64,000 bases of DNA from a virus. Lineage: Duplodnaviria > Caudoviricetes. A program made the position numbers and the translations under genes. The stretch's first letter is position 1. Every line of letters starts with the position of its first letter. Positions 1 through 10,171 of the stretch are shown here, one piece after another. The notes beneath the pieces were generated by a model, which searched no databases, was not told the origin of the DNA, and saw only the letters and a program-made list of their open reading frames with translations. The stretch spans positions 96,001 through 160,000 of the IMG/VR virus record IMGVR_UViG_2974692648_000001; one strand, written 5' to 3'.

Positions 1-1
1 T

Positions 2-133
2 TACTCCACACCAAGTGGTTTACGTTTAACCGCAGACGCTAACAGTCACCCATTGAAAAACGTCTTTGCTATTGCTAGGGTGGAAATCGACTCTTCAGGT
101 ATAGTAAAGGTTACCAAACTCACCGAGGTTTAA
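2..133 (+). CDS. 3' end of an upstream gene (partial), probably a virion/tail protein
   Basis: Open frame from position 2 (YSTPSGLRL...IARVEIDSSGIVKVTKLTEV) to TAA at 131-133, 1 nt before the next ATG. Confidence 0.6.
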   Translation, partial: YSTPSGLRLTADANSHPLKNVFAIARVEIDSSGIVKVTKLTEV

Positions 134-134
134 T

Positions 135-2690
135 ATGAAAGTAATAAGTGGAGGTATTCCTGGAGTACCGCAACACACGACTAAAGTTGGGGACGTTTAT
201 GCACAACTGCATCGTATTGCCTTTGCTCGCGGTGAACAACTCAACGAAACCGAACGTCTAACCAAAGCTCTTGGTAACGAGATCACTGACACTCTTAATG
301 TTAATTACGAGTCACTTAATCTTAAGTTATCCGAACATATGGCTAAAGAAGGTCCTCAACACGGTGAGGACTTAAAGACGTTAGGCTTAAGCATGGTCGG
401 GGATTTCCCTCTAACCCACGCACAACATATCCTGGAAGGTGGGGTTTACAACGAGTATGTTACTCCCCGTGCGTTAAGTGATGCGTTACATCAAACTATC
501 CACACACCTACACCAGAACTCATGTCTGTCGGACGTACTCATTTTTGTATGGTCGACTTGGCACCGGAGTTGAGCGGATGGACTCGTGCCACCGGAGAGA
601 GTGGGGGAACACAACAGTGGGAACGAGGTGGGTCGATTTATCACTTAGATGGACATGCGTACGTAGGCTTCCCAATTCGTGGTAAGTCCACTTCTATGCT
701 AGTAGACGAAACCCCGGGTGCTAAACAAATCCATGGGTTGCGTCAAGTCGGCGTACGATCTGGTGCTGGAACGGGTGATGTGTTAGGCTGGAACGCAATT
801 GCTTTAAGGGAATATCGTGCCTCCCACCCCCTTACGTTCTTGGGAACAAACGGGTTTGCCTACGACGCTCTCTACGCCCCAATTGGGCATGATCTGTCTA
901 ACACCCAACTTACTGCCAATCACGTGACCTGGCTTGACACAGACAACGTGAACAACCATTTTGGTGGAACCATCTCCGCTAATTCAAACGGAGTTCGTTT
1001 CGGTCTCATTCATTGTGAGAAAGCCGTCTCTGGTTTCCACAACGGGATTAACGGTGGTTCGTTCTTTGGTTGGGGTAGTAACGTTATTACTGATAGTTCT
1101 GTCTTCCAATACACTTTCGAAGGTCAGCAATCTACTGATTCGTTGATTGACATAGATTGGGAAACATTGACAGGTAAAACTGGAATTGTCTTCGATCATG
1201 AAAGTGAGGTTCATGGTGGGTTTGAGTGGATCGAGTACAATCGAGATTTGTTTATTTTCTTGAGTGCGAATTTAACGGATGCCGATGGAAATAAATACAC
1301 AGCGTTCTTTGGTTGGATTGCGAATGTAAGAGATCCGTCGTCAGTGACGATCACAAGACTACGTACCCCGTTTGATTGGAGCGACTCAGCTACCCCTCAA
1401 TTGAACGTCACGCATCCTTTCCACCCTTACCATGGATCGGGCGCAATGCGTCCCCGTGGTGGTCATGCTTCGGTTTACACTTACAACCTCAAATGCATGG
1501 TTCGAGATCATGTTCATGAAATCCGTAGTTTAAAGGAACTCTTTGATCGTTGTAAAGAAATTCCTTCTATCCCTGTTAGTACGAATTTAAAGTTACACTT
1601 CGGCACGTCTCCGTCTGTACTAGGAAGTAGTCAAGGTCGTTTCTTCCTCCAGAACGACCACACGCTGATCAACGGACAATTCAAGGCTAACGGTGAATGG
1701 GATTTCTATCGACAAGAATTCCAAGACGGAATGCTAGATGACGGTGGGTTTGGTGGACTCTCTTGGAACACTAGTACTTCTAGTCGACTGATTTCTGAAC
1801 TAGAGGACTTTAACCAAGAATGTGTTAACACCATTGCTGATGATGGAACGATCACCTTAACCGGAATGGTTTGGTCTACTGACAACCTGCACCGTGCCAG
1901 AGGAACTATTCGAGGTGTTGTTGGTAAAGGGATGTTATCTAAACCTGTACACTTAACCGACGAGTCGTTGACTGCTATTGAGAAAGAGCACCAATCTTAC
2001 TTAATAGCTAACGATCACGATGCATATGCGTGTGTCATGGTTTATCCTGTTGGGGACTTATACGAAGGCTTAGGTATGCGTTGTGATTCACAAGGCAATG
2101 TGGAAGTGGTTAAGTATGACGTAGCTAAGTCCGGGGAACGTTTCCAAGTTACTCGAAAAGGGGATTACCAAAACGTCTACCAAAGTGAAGGTCCTGTAAC
2201 AGGCGCGCCTGATAACTTACGTCGTTTCCTCAAGCGCGACTTTTTCGTCTACCTGGTGAATGGTGAAACACCTAAGGTCACTATCAAGCATCCTTTGATG
2301 GATCGAACTCTGATTCTGAGATTGGATATTGGTGAAACCATTACCGTGGAAGAGACCTTGGCACCGGAACCTAATGAAGTCGGACTCACGTTGTTCTACT
2401 TCCCATTCCCAACTATTCATGGTGTCTTCATGCCGGTATTAGGTGGTCTAGATGGTTTCTATCGTTTAGGCGATAAGAGTATGACTGGTGGTAATGTTGT
2501 TTACAGTGACGACGTTTACGCGAACGACAGTGACCGTGTCGTTATCAAAGGACGTCCTTACTCTATCCCACCTGGTTTCAAGTGGCTAGATCCGTACGGT
2601 AAAGAAATCAGTTTCAACATAAAAGACGGGGAACTCAACCCAGAGACCTCGGATAATGTGATTGATTCTAATTTGTCTTACCCGAATTAA
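135..2690 (+). CDS. Tail fiber-like virion protein
   Basis: 851 aa; N-terminal EH...PQH...LGL..V....G....YVTP segment resembles the repeat motif of phiKZ-like tail fiber proteins; adjacent to the spike gene. Confidence 0.55.
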   Translation: MKVISGGIPGVPQHTTKVGDVYAQLHRIAFARGEQLNETERLTKALGNEITDTLNVNYESLNLKLSEHMAKEGPQHGEDLKTLGLSMVGDFPLTHAQHILEGGVYNEYVTPRALSDALHQTIHTPTPELMSVGRTHFCMVDLAPELSGWTRATGESGGTQQWERGGSIYHLDGHAYVGFPIRGKSTSMLVDETPGAKQIHGLRQVGVRSGAGTGDVLGWNAIALREYRASHPLTFLGTNGFAYDALYAPIGHDLSNTQLTANHVTWLDTDNVNNHFGGTISANSNGVRFGLIHCEKAVSGFHNGINGGSFFGWGSNVITDSSVFQYTFEGQQSTDSLIDIDWETLTGKTGIVFDHESEVHGGFEWIEYNRDLFIFLSANLTDADGNKYTAFFGWIANVRDPSSVTITRLRTPFDWSDSATPQLNVTHPFHPYHGSGAMRPRGGHASVYTYNLKCMVRDHVHEIRSLKELFDRCKEIPSIPVSTNLKLHFGTSPSVLGSSQGRFFLQNDHTLINGQFKANGEWDFYRQEFQDGMLDDGGFGGLSWNTSTSSRLISELEDFNQECVNTIADDGTITLTGMVWSTDNLHRARGTIRGVVGKGMLSKPVHLTDESLTAIEKEHQSYLIANDHDAYACVMVYPVGDLYEGLGMRCDSQGNVEVVKYDVAKSGERFQVTRKGDYQNVYQSEGPVTGAPDNLRRFLKRDFFVYLVNGETPKVTIKHPLMDRTLILRLDIGETITVEETLAPEPNEVGLTLFYFPFPTIHGVFMPVLGGLDGFYRLGDKSMTGGNVVYSDDVYANDSDRVVIKGRPYSIPPGFKWLDPYGKEISFNIKDGELNPETSDNVIDSNLSYPN

Positions 2691-2697
2691 TAAGTGT

Positions 2698-2734
2698 TAT
2701 AACTCCTACTCCCTTGCCGGGAGTAGGAGTTATA
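2698..2734. terminator. 16-bp perfect palindrome between convergent genes (family member)
   Basis: TATAACTCCTACTCCC-TTGCC-GGGAGTAGGAGTTATA. Confidence 0.75.
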
Positions 2735-2740
2735 TTTAGT

Positions 2741-3793
2741 TTATATTGGTGGGGAAGTTGGAGATCCCTTATTACCAGTGTGCTTATGGTTCTTTAACGA
2801 TACACCCGCAGCAACAACGTCTACATCGGACTCTACTACATCCTGGGCTTTAATCCCCCCGGAAGTCGCCAATGTGCCACCGCTACCACCTGGTCCCGCT
2901 GAACAACTCATGCCTCCTGCAACACCCAGATTACCTTGAATACCGACGTTACCTTTAATAGAAGTCGTAGGGCACACAATGTTAATGGAATCACCTTTCC
3001 AATCGGTTTTCTTGGCTTCCATAGTTAAGGAATCAGTAGTGACTTTCATTGTCCCTGCGTTCATGACGAAATCATTACACTTCACAAAGAATTTGTCCGT
3101 CTTCATGTTGATCGATTTAGCGGCATCAAACAGTTGAGTCCCTTTATTAATCAAAGAAATATCTTTACGGTTAATGTTGAAGATAGATCCTTCACGGTTA
3201 CGCATCACCCAGGAGTGTTTCAGTGAATCCAATGCAAAGGCATTTTTCTCAGTGTCGGTCAATGCCCACGTCCCATTTCGGGTATTGAAGCCAAGCCGAT
3301 AAGCAACAGGTTCTTTATTCGCTTGGGTGGTCTTGAACACCACTTCCTGGTGACGAGTAGAGAAAACTAAGGTGTAGTAATCTTCGAAACTAAACGGAGC
3401 ATTGCGATCAGTGTGAGGATTAGCGTTCCAAGCATACAGTACGTGTTCTAACCGGAAGCTCTCGTTTCCTATCCCCCATGTAGTCCAATAAAGCTGATCG
3501 TCATCGTTAAACTTATAGAGTGCGACCTTAGACCCTACTCGAACATCAGGGGCGGTTAATCGGTTTGGGGTGAACGGCATCCACTTGGCGGTGTAAAAGT
3601 TAGCACGTAAACCCTTGCTGGTCTGGTAACCACTTTCACCTGTGGGATTGGAACTACTGACAGCTTCGGCGTTTGCTATCCCGGCTCCGTCACTTTGTGG
3701 AAATTCAGCTTTGTTAGTGACCTTAATGAAATATGAATTCTCAGGCTTATTTTCTAAAACTGTCCCCACCCCGATGAAATTAAGTAAATTCAT
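2741..3793 (-). CDS. Baseplate central spike protein (P2 gpV-like; phiKZ gp164 position)
   Basis: OB-like N-terminus, beta-helix-like repeats, C-terminal VSLKNHKHTG with the HxH metal-binding apex motif; divergent from sbcC. Confidence 0.8.
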   Translation of the reverse strand: MNLLNFIGVGTVLENKPENSYFIKVTNKAEFPQSDGAGIANAEAVSSSNPTGESGYQTSKGLRANFYTAKWMPFTPNRLTAPDVRVGSKVALYKFNDDDQLYWTTWGIGNESFRLEHVLYAWNANPHTDRNAPFSFEDYYTLVFSTRHQEVVFKTTQANKEPVAYRLGFNTRNGTWALTDTEKNAFALDSLKHSWVMRNREGSIFNINRKDISLINKGTQLFDAAKSINMKTDKFFVKCNDFVMNAGTMKVTTDSLTMEAKKTDWKGDSINIVCPTTSIKGNVGIQGNLGVAGGMSCSAGPGGSGGTLATSGGIKAQDVVESDVDVVAAGVSLKNHKHTGNKGSPTSPPI

Positions 3794-3838
3794 ACATGGT
3801 GTCCTATAGATAAGTAGGGTAAATTAATTGAGTCAATT

Positions 3839-6316
3839 ATGATCACAGAATTACGTTTAAAGAATAATACAGGGTTGCTGACCAAAGGCACGCGTTCTGT
3901 CGAGTTAGTGTTCAGCGACCTTGTAAATATCTTCATGGGAAGAAATGGTTTTGGTAAGACCAGTATATTGAAGGAATGTCACCCATTACCACCAGATAAC
4001 GCAGACTACGCCAAAGGTGGTTACAAATACGTTAAGTGGGTAGTCAGTGAACAAGAGTTTTACATCTTGGAGTCCCACACTGGTTCCAGTTCCAAACACT
4101 CCTTTAAAAAGAATGGGGTAGAGGAACTCAATACTGGTGGTACGTTAACCGTACAAAAAGATTTATGTAAAGAGTATTTCGGTCTTACTCCATCTTTGGT
4201 TAAATACCTTACAGGTCTTAAAGTCAATGATTTATTCACTGCATTATCGACTGCTGCAAGAAAACAAATCATCATGGACATGTACCCTAACGATACCCGT
4301 TATGCGGTCGGTGTCTACAATAAAATCAAAAGCGAGTTGCGTAACTGTACCGGTGCAATTAAAAACCAACACCATCGATTAGCTGAAGAAAATCAGCGCA
4401 AAGAACAATTGATGGGTAAAAGTGTTGAACAGCTCGAACAAGAAATTGAACAACTAGACGGACGTATTAAAGAAGCCATGGTGTTGTCTGGCGCACTTGC
4501 TAACGTTGTTCCAATGGATGAAGAATTAAACCGAGACATCCGTCGTTTCGTTAAAACCACCAAAGAACTCGTGGTGGGTTCAGTCACCTCTATACAAACT
4601 CCAGAGGAATTAGAGCAACAAGCCTTACAGTATAAACGTATCATGACTAAGATGAATACGCAGATTACTGTACGTCGTTCTAAGATCACTGACTTAATGG
4701 AAACACTCAGCGGGGTTAATTACATTACTGAAACTCCAGAAGTGTTAGAGGAACAACGACTAAGACTACAGTCGCTACATCAACAAGATAGTGTTAGTGC
4801 TGCTGACGCTCAGCGTATCGTTTATCAAACCTTTGGTGAGATCAGTGACGATACCGTAGATCTAATAGCTCGCAGTTCTGGTCAACTAGTGAGCGTGTTA
4901 GACCAAGTCACTTTGGCGAGTAGCCCACAAGTCACATTGATGGATTATCGTCTTTGGGAAGAACGTTTAGAGGAAGTTAACTCTCAAGGTCGTAATCTCA
5001 AATATCAAGTTGAAGAACTTCGTCATGCTTTGAAACACTTTGATATGACCGAGGACATGAAGTGTCCTGAATGTGAACACGAGTTTAAGCCGGGATTTGA
5101 TCTAAAGGATGTCGAGCACAAACGTGCGGAGTTAACTCGATTAACAGAACAACTAAAGCGCGTTGTAGAAGAGCGCAATCGGTTAAAACAAAAACTTTCT
5201 TTAGACGAGGAATTCTACAGTTCTTTGTCCAAGGTAGTTTCCACTACCCGTTACTTGGATGATGACAACCGCACCCTGTTAAACATCCTTAAAGAACACA
5301 AAGTAGGTTACGTCGATGCGGACCCAGTCATTAACGGTATTAAGATGACAGTCCTATATCGTGAGAAACGTGACCTTATTAAACAACATGAATCTGAGAT
5401 TCAATCGTTGTCTATTCGAATAGACACTCTAAGAAGAAATGATATTTCCGAACTGGGGCGTCAATTAACAGAGCATGAATCGTTGTTGGCAAGTGAACAA
5501 GAATCGCTACGTCGCTTCAACGAAAAGCTCGAGCAAGTTGAATATAAACTAGAGGAGATGCGAACTAGAGACACCAAAATAGATTTACTAAGTGCGTTGG
5601 GTGAACACATCATGGATGCGTTCAGAGAACAAGGTAAGTTTATTTTACAGCAAGCTACTAATAATGCGATCAATGAGTGGGTTCCCGCTAAAGACCAACA
5701 CATGCAGATGTTGATTAGGGGTCGTAGTACAGAGTCTGTGATTGAATCCATCGAGCAAGATATTGTGCGTTTGGAAAACCGTCGCGAGAAACTCCAATTA
5801 TTACAAGATACGATTTGTCCTAACAAGGGCATGATCGCTAAATTGATGGAAGACTTTATTAAGGCATTAGTGGGAAATATGAATGCCGTTATACGTGAGG
5901 TATTTACCACCCCACTTTATGTATTGCCGTGTGTCAATAACAAAGGGGAGTTGTCTTACCGTTTCCCAGTCATTAACTCCATAGATGGAAAACCTTCTAA
6001 GGATGTCAGTGATTGCTCGGGTGGGGAACAAGACATCATCAACCTCGCTTTCCGTATGGTGTTGATGCGTTATCAGTCTCGCAACCGATTCCCGTTAGTT
6101 TTGGATGAAGTTGGGGTGAAACTTGATACGTACCACCAACAACGTTTGTTTGACTACATCTTAAGCATATCAACGAACGGTGACGTGAACCAGATTCTCA
6201 TGGTATCACACTTCTTCACCCACATTAGTATGTTTAAAGGTGCGAACGTCGTGGCGTTAAATTCAGAAGGCATTACTGTTCCGGAAGACGCGAATCGTAA
6301 TGCCAAGTTCAAATAA
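3839..6316 (+). CDS. sbcC: SbcC/Rad50-like SMC ATPase
   Basis: Walker A GRNGFGKT, long coiled coils, zinc hook CPEC, signature SGGEQ, Walker B VLDE, H-loop VSH. Confidence 0.92.
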   Translation: MITELRLKNNTGLLTKGTRSVELVFSDLVNIFMGRNGFGKTSILKECHPLPPDNADYAKGGYKYVKWVVSEQEFYILESHTGSSSKHSFKKNGVEELNTGGTLTVQKDLCKEYFGLTPSLVKYLTGLKVNDLFTALSTAARKQIIMDMYPNDTRYAVGVYNKIKSELRNCTGAIKNQHHRLAEENQRKEQLMGKSVEQLEQEIEQLDGRIKEAMVLSGALANVVPMDEELNRDIRRFVKTTKELVVGSVTSIQTPEELEQQALQYKRIMTKMNTQITVRRSKITDLMETLSGVNYITETPEVLEEQRLRLQSLHQQDSVSAADAQRIVYQTFGEISDDTVDLIARSSGQLVSVLDQVTLASSPQVTLMDYRLWEERLEEVNSQGRNLKYQVEELRHALKHFDMTEDMKCPECEHEFKPGFDLKDVEHKRAELTRLTEQLKRVVEERNRLKQKLSLDEEFYSSLSKVVSTTRYLDDDNRTLLNILKEHKVGYVDADPVINGIKMTVLYREKRDLIKQHESEIQSLSIRIDTLRRNDISELGRQLTEHESLLASEQESLRRFNEKLEQVEYKLEEMRTRDTKIDLLSALGEHIMDAFREQGKFILQQATNNAINEWVPAKDQHMQMLIRGRSTESVIESIEQDIVRLENRREKLQLLQDTICPNKGMIAKLMEDFIKALVGNMNAVIREVFTTPLYVLPCVNNKGELSYRFPVINSIDGKPSKDVSDCSGGEQDIINLAFRMVLMRYQSRNRFPLVLDEVGVKLDTYHQQRLFDYILSISTNGDVNQILMVSHFFTHISMFKGANVVALNSEGITVPEDANRNAKFK

Positions 6317-6324
6317 ATTTAAAT

Positions 6325-6341
6325 CTATATTATCTGGGTGT
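6325..6341 (+). promoter_or_regulatory. Putative phage early promoter
   Basis: CTATATTATCTGGGTGT; matches four other intergenic copies and resembles the phiKZ early motif TATATTAC. Confidence 0.7.
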
Positions 6342-6405
6342 CCTTAGTGATTCGTAACAACTAATGCACTTTTATAGACACTCAGTTTTTAAAGGAAGTT
6401 TAATC

Positions 6406-6681
6406 ATGTCGAACACGAGAGAACCAGTGTGTCTGACCGGCACATACGACGCTAATGGCGTCATCCATTGTGATCCTAACGGTAATGAAAATATCCGTGT
6501 GGAGTTCACTAAAACACATAACCATTTGCAAGCATCGGTGTACGTTAACGAAATCAACCAAGGATTCGTAACCTTTGGGCTGAGTAACGAACGTGCCATC
6601 AGTACCTTTGCTCAAGGTGGATGTTGGAACGAGAACCAAGTGGCAGAATCGATCCACAACATCATCTCGGTTATACACTAA
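6406..6681 (+). CDS. Hypothetical protein
   Basis: ATG at 6406 follows an AAGGA RBS (ORF track extends it to 6364); first gene after an early promoter motif. Confidence 0.65.
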   Translation: MSNTREPVCLTGTYDANGVIHCDPNGNENIRVEFTKTHNHLQASVYVNEINQGFVTFGLSNERAISTFAQGGCWNENQVAESIHNIISVIH

Positions 6682-6744
6682 TTAAGTAACGGTCTGTGGG
6701 GTGGTTGTCCATCTCACAGATCTGCTTTATTTAAGAGAAAGTCC

Positions 6745-7194
6745 ATGAATAATAAAGAAGTAATAGGGAACACCATCCCTTTATTAGACACTGAAGGGTT
6801 TTTCTCCGACGAAGGCTATCGACTTAAATCTAAGCTTTCTTTACGTTATGAACCTTACGAAGCAGTATTGGTAATCGGTAATGAATTTGAATTTGCTTTA
6901 GATGGTTGTATATTTAACCAAGGACTTATTCAAATCACCCGAGAAACGAACTGGGATGAGACCCTCCCTGAATCTCCGGTCGATTACGCCATCGATGAAA
7001 TGTTAACCACGATACAAAAACCCTGTGTGGAAATAGAGGACTTGGACCCTAGTTACCGAGAAAAGTTCAATGAGATGAGTAAAGAATTACTCGAGGCTTT
7101 TAGGGCGCAGGGTGAACAAGGCGGCAACTCATGGTTACGTGGAGATCTTTACCGTTTCAACAATGACATACAACATTTAAAACAAACCAACTAG
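6745..7194 (+). CDS. Hypothetical protein
   Basis: 149-aa ORF in a co-directional run. Confidence 0.7.
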   Translation: MNNKEVIGNTIPLLDTEGFFSDEGYRLKSKLSLRYEPYEAVLVIGNEFEFALDGCIFNQGLIQITRETNWDETLPESPVDYAIDEMLTTIQKPCVEIEDLDPSYREKFNEMSKELLEAFRAQGEQGGNSWLRGDLYRFNNDIQHLKQTN

Positions 7195-7205
7195 GAACAT
7201 CACCA

Positions 7206-7850
7206 ATGCATAAACACATCACTTTTGATATGGATGACACACTCACAGCAACACATGCTTATATTCGAGAGAACTTAAAGCCGACGACTGAAGCCAACCT
7301 CCAAGCGATGATTGAATGTGATCGTGCCGGACATGCTTACATCAATGCATCCAGCGAGTTACAAGATGACATTCATGACCAGATCCTAACGAGTCAAGAG
7401 TTCATGTTAAAGTCTGGCGTGGCAGAGTGGGTCGCTAACCACTATGAAGAATTTTGTGCATTGATTATGTCCTTAAAGGCTCAAGGGCACACGTTCAGTA
7501 TTTGTACACACCGTGGCTGGTCAGAACAAGGTAAACCTTTAACCTCAGAATGGTTGAATGCTAAAGCGCTAGATCTGTTTGAGGAGATTCATTGTTTGGA
7601 CTCTAAAGAGCATCCTTGCAAGCTAACTTATTTAGAAGACCTATATGGGCGTGACTTTATCATAGTGGATGATAACCCGTATCATGGTATCGACCGCTCC
7701 AAGGAATTGAGTTACAACCAGAACGTCATTCAGTGTATTGGGGAACATACTGTTCCGGAGTACGTCCACTTCCGTACCTTTGCTAGTTTCCCTGAGTTCA
7801 AAGAACATTTATTAACCTTATTGTTAGGAGTCAAGCATGAGTCTATTTAA
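7206..7850 (+). CDS. HAD-superfamily phosphatase (5'(3')-deoxyribonucleotidase-like)
   Basis: Motif I FDMDDTL, motif II CTHR, motif III K, motif IV IVDDNP. Confidence 0.8.
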   Translation: MHKHITFDMDDTLTATHAYIRENLKPTTEANLQAMIECDRAGHAYINASSELQDDIHDQILTSQEFMLKSGVAEWVANHYEEFCALIMSLKAQGHTFSICTHRGWSEQGKPLTSEWLNAKALDLFEEIHCLDSKEHPCKLTYLEDLYGRDFIIVDDNPYHGIDRSKELSYNQNVIQCIGEHTVPEYVHFRTFASFPEFKEHLLTLLLGVKHESI

Positions 7851-9801
7851 AACTAGACTGGAAACCCTAGTAAAACAAATCCGCTACCATGCTGGTGTGT
7901 ATTACCGGGAAGACCGCAGTGAGATCAGTGATGCTGATTACGACCTCTTGGTCCAGGAATACAACCAGATCATAAACGAACACCCCGAGTTACTCACCAC
8001 AGACACGGATGTGTTTAAAGGTAAAGCGGTTCCCATAGACACAACCGGGGCAGAATTCCAGAAAGTGAATCATGATCCCGCAATGTTGTCACTGGACAAC
8101 GTCTTTACGCCAGAAGCCTACGAGGAATGGAAGGCTAAACTCCCAGAACAAGACCAGAGCGACATTGCTTTGGAATGGAAGTTTGATGGTATCGCTTTAC
8201 GTCTGATTTACGAAGATGGTAAATTACAACAACTACTGACTCGTGGGACTGGATTGATTGGTGAGGACGTGACGGAGAACGTCGATCATTATACTAATAT
8301 CCCTGAAGAACTGCCTGAAGACTTCACTGCTGGTAAGAAAATTATCATTGACGGGGAAGGGGTGATAGACACCAAGCTATTTGAGGAATTGAATGACTTG
8401 GTCCCTACTCCTTATGTCACTCCGCGTCATGCCGCTTCAGGAATCACCCGTAACCGAAGTATGAAGGAATTGGTTAAAGGTTCCTTAACGTTCATTGCAC
8501 ACTCTTTTCCACGTGCTATTAAGAGTGGTTATAATGACACTATGATGGCGTTACGTAAGCTAGGATTCAGTACTAGTCAGGACTATCGCGTGGATGGTAT
8601 TACTGTAGATCGTCCCACACATATTCCTTTTGCGGTTGATGGGATAGTCGCTAAGGTGCGTGACCATGAGCGACGTAAGGCGTTGGGAGAAACCAACCAC
8701 CATCCCCGTTGGGCTACGGCTTACAAATTCCCTACGTTATTTGAATCCCCTAAGTTGGAAGATGTGATTTGGGAAACTGGTCGTACGGGAACCATCACTC
8801 CGGTGGCTACGTTTTCCCCTGTCATGATAGCTGGTGTAACCGTGCGACGAGCGACACTACATAACTTCCGTACGTTCCAACGAGAATCAGAAGGACTTCG
8901 TGTAGGTTCGGTGATTAAGGTTGGTATGGCAGGTGATATCATCCCTCAGTTCTTTGAAGTAGAAAAAGTAGGAAAGGGTCGTCAATGTAAGCCACCCAAG
9001 AACTGTCCTGCTTGTGAAGAACCGTTGCGTTACGAAGGTGCGGATCAAGAACAAATCTTCTTGACTTGTACCAACCACGCAAAGTGTCCAGCACAGACCC
9101 TAGGTCGCTTGTACAACTTCGGTAGCACCCATGCGATGAACATCCGTGGATTAGGTCCAGCTTCCATTAGTCGCTTCAATCAACTGGGTTTGTTAAATAA
9201 CTTTGTGGACTTCTTCCATCTCCGTGATTTAACTCAAAACACCCCGTTGTCTAAGAATGAATTAAAACTCTTAGATGAGATTGACAAGTGTCGTAAGACC
9301 AGCTTTGCCCGATTCATTACCGCTTTAGGTATCAACGGTGTCGGTAAAGGAACCGCTCGCGACTTGGCGTCACACATTAAGTCTAAGGAAGACTTCATCT
9401 CGTTCTTGGAAGATACCGAGGGATTAATGGAAATCCCCGATATTGGTTGGGGTATCGCCATGAATGTCTCGAGTTACATTAAGGAGAATCGTACTACTAT
9501 TGAAACCCTATTAGAACTGATGGAGTTTGAAGTTACGGAAGTACCGGACTCCTTAATACCAATCGTGGTGACGGGTAAGTTCCCTATCCGTCGTAAAGCA
9601 ATCGAAGAAGGGCTTTTGGCTCACGGTTATGATGTTGGTGATCGTGTGACTTCCAAGACCAAAGCAGTGGTCTTAGGTGACTTCCCTACTAAACATAAAG
9701 AGGTCACCGCAAACGAACTGGGGATCCCTGTGTTGAACATTAGCGTTCATCCGGAACTTACGGTCAGTGATATCTTAAAAGAGCTACAAGGGCGTTTATA
9801 G
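7837..9801 (+). CDS. ligA: NAD-dependent DNA ligase
   Basis: YY...ISDADYD domain Ia, MLSLDN, KFDG adenylation motif, TRGTG, AYKF, RATLHN, C4 zinc finger, HhH repeats, C-terminal BRCT-like domain. Confidence 0.96.
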   Translation: MSLFKTRLETLVKQIRYHAGVYYREDRSEISDADYDLLVQEYNQIINEHPELLTTDTDVFKGKAVPIDTTGAEFQKVNHDPAMLSLDNVFTPEAYEEWKAKLPEQDQSDIALEWKFDGIALRLIYEDGKLQQLLTRGTGLIGEDVTENVDHYTNIPEELPEDFTAGKKIIIDGEGVIDTKLFEELNDLVPTPYVTPRHAASGITRNRSMKELVKGSLTFIAHSFPRAIKSGYNDTMMALRKLGFSTSQDYRVDGITVDRPTHIPFAVDGIVAKVRDHERRKALGETNHHPRWATAYKFPTLFESPKLEDVIWETGRTGTITPVATFSPVMIAGVTVRRATLHNFRTFQRESEGLRVGSVIKVGMAGDIIPQFFEVEKVGKGRQCKPPKNCPACEEPLRYEGADQEQIFLTCTNHAKCPAQTLGRLYNFGSTHAMNIRGLGPASISRFNQLGLLNNFVDFFHLRDLTQNTPLSKNELKLLDEIDKCRKTSFARFITALGINGVGKGTARDLASHIKSKEDFISFLEDTEGLMEIPDIGWGIAMNVSSYIKENRTTIETLLELMEFEVTEVPDSLIPIVVTGKFPIRRKAIEEGLLAHGYDVGDRVTSKTKAVVLGDFPTKHKEVTANELGIPVLNISVHPELTVSDILKELQGRL

Positions 9802-9831
9802 CGCCCTCCTTACCATCAAGAGGAAAACATA

Positions 9832-10140
9832 ATGGAACAAATTTACTTAGTGACTGTTCACATTGGTGAATTAACTGGGAAGGAGATCGAGGATAAGTTA
9901 AAAGCTTTTCCTAAATCCCGTATCCACTCCGTTGAAAAGTATCAGGTGACTTATTACACTAAGTTGAATAATGAAAATGTCATACTGTCTGAGTTGGAAG
10001 ATGTGACGTCTATTTCAACAAGTGGCACTGACATGATGAAACTAAGTGACCACCATTTTGTTGTTTGTCTAAAACCAAACGGTGACATCAATTTTAATAA
10101 GAAAGATCATCAACTTGCTGGTCATCTTTTTAACAATTAA
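9832..10140 (+). CDS. Hypothetical protein
   Basis: 102-aa ORF with a GAGGA RBS. Confidence 0.7.
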   Translation: MEQIYLVTVHIGELTGKEIEDKLKAFPKSRIHSVEKYQVTYYTKLNNENVILSELEDVTSISTSGTDMMKLSDHHFVVCLKPNGDINFNKKDHQLAGHLFNN

Positions 10141-10171
10141 TCCCTCCATCTAAAGAAAAAGGAACCCCATA

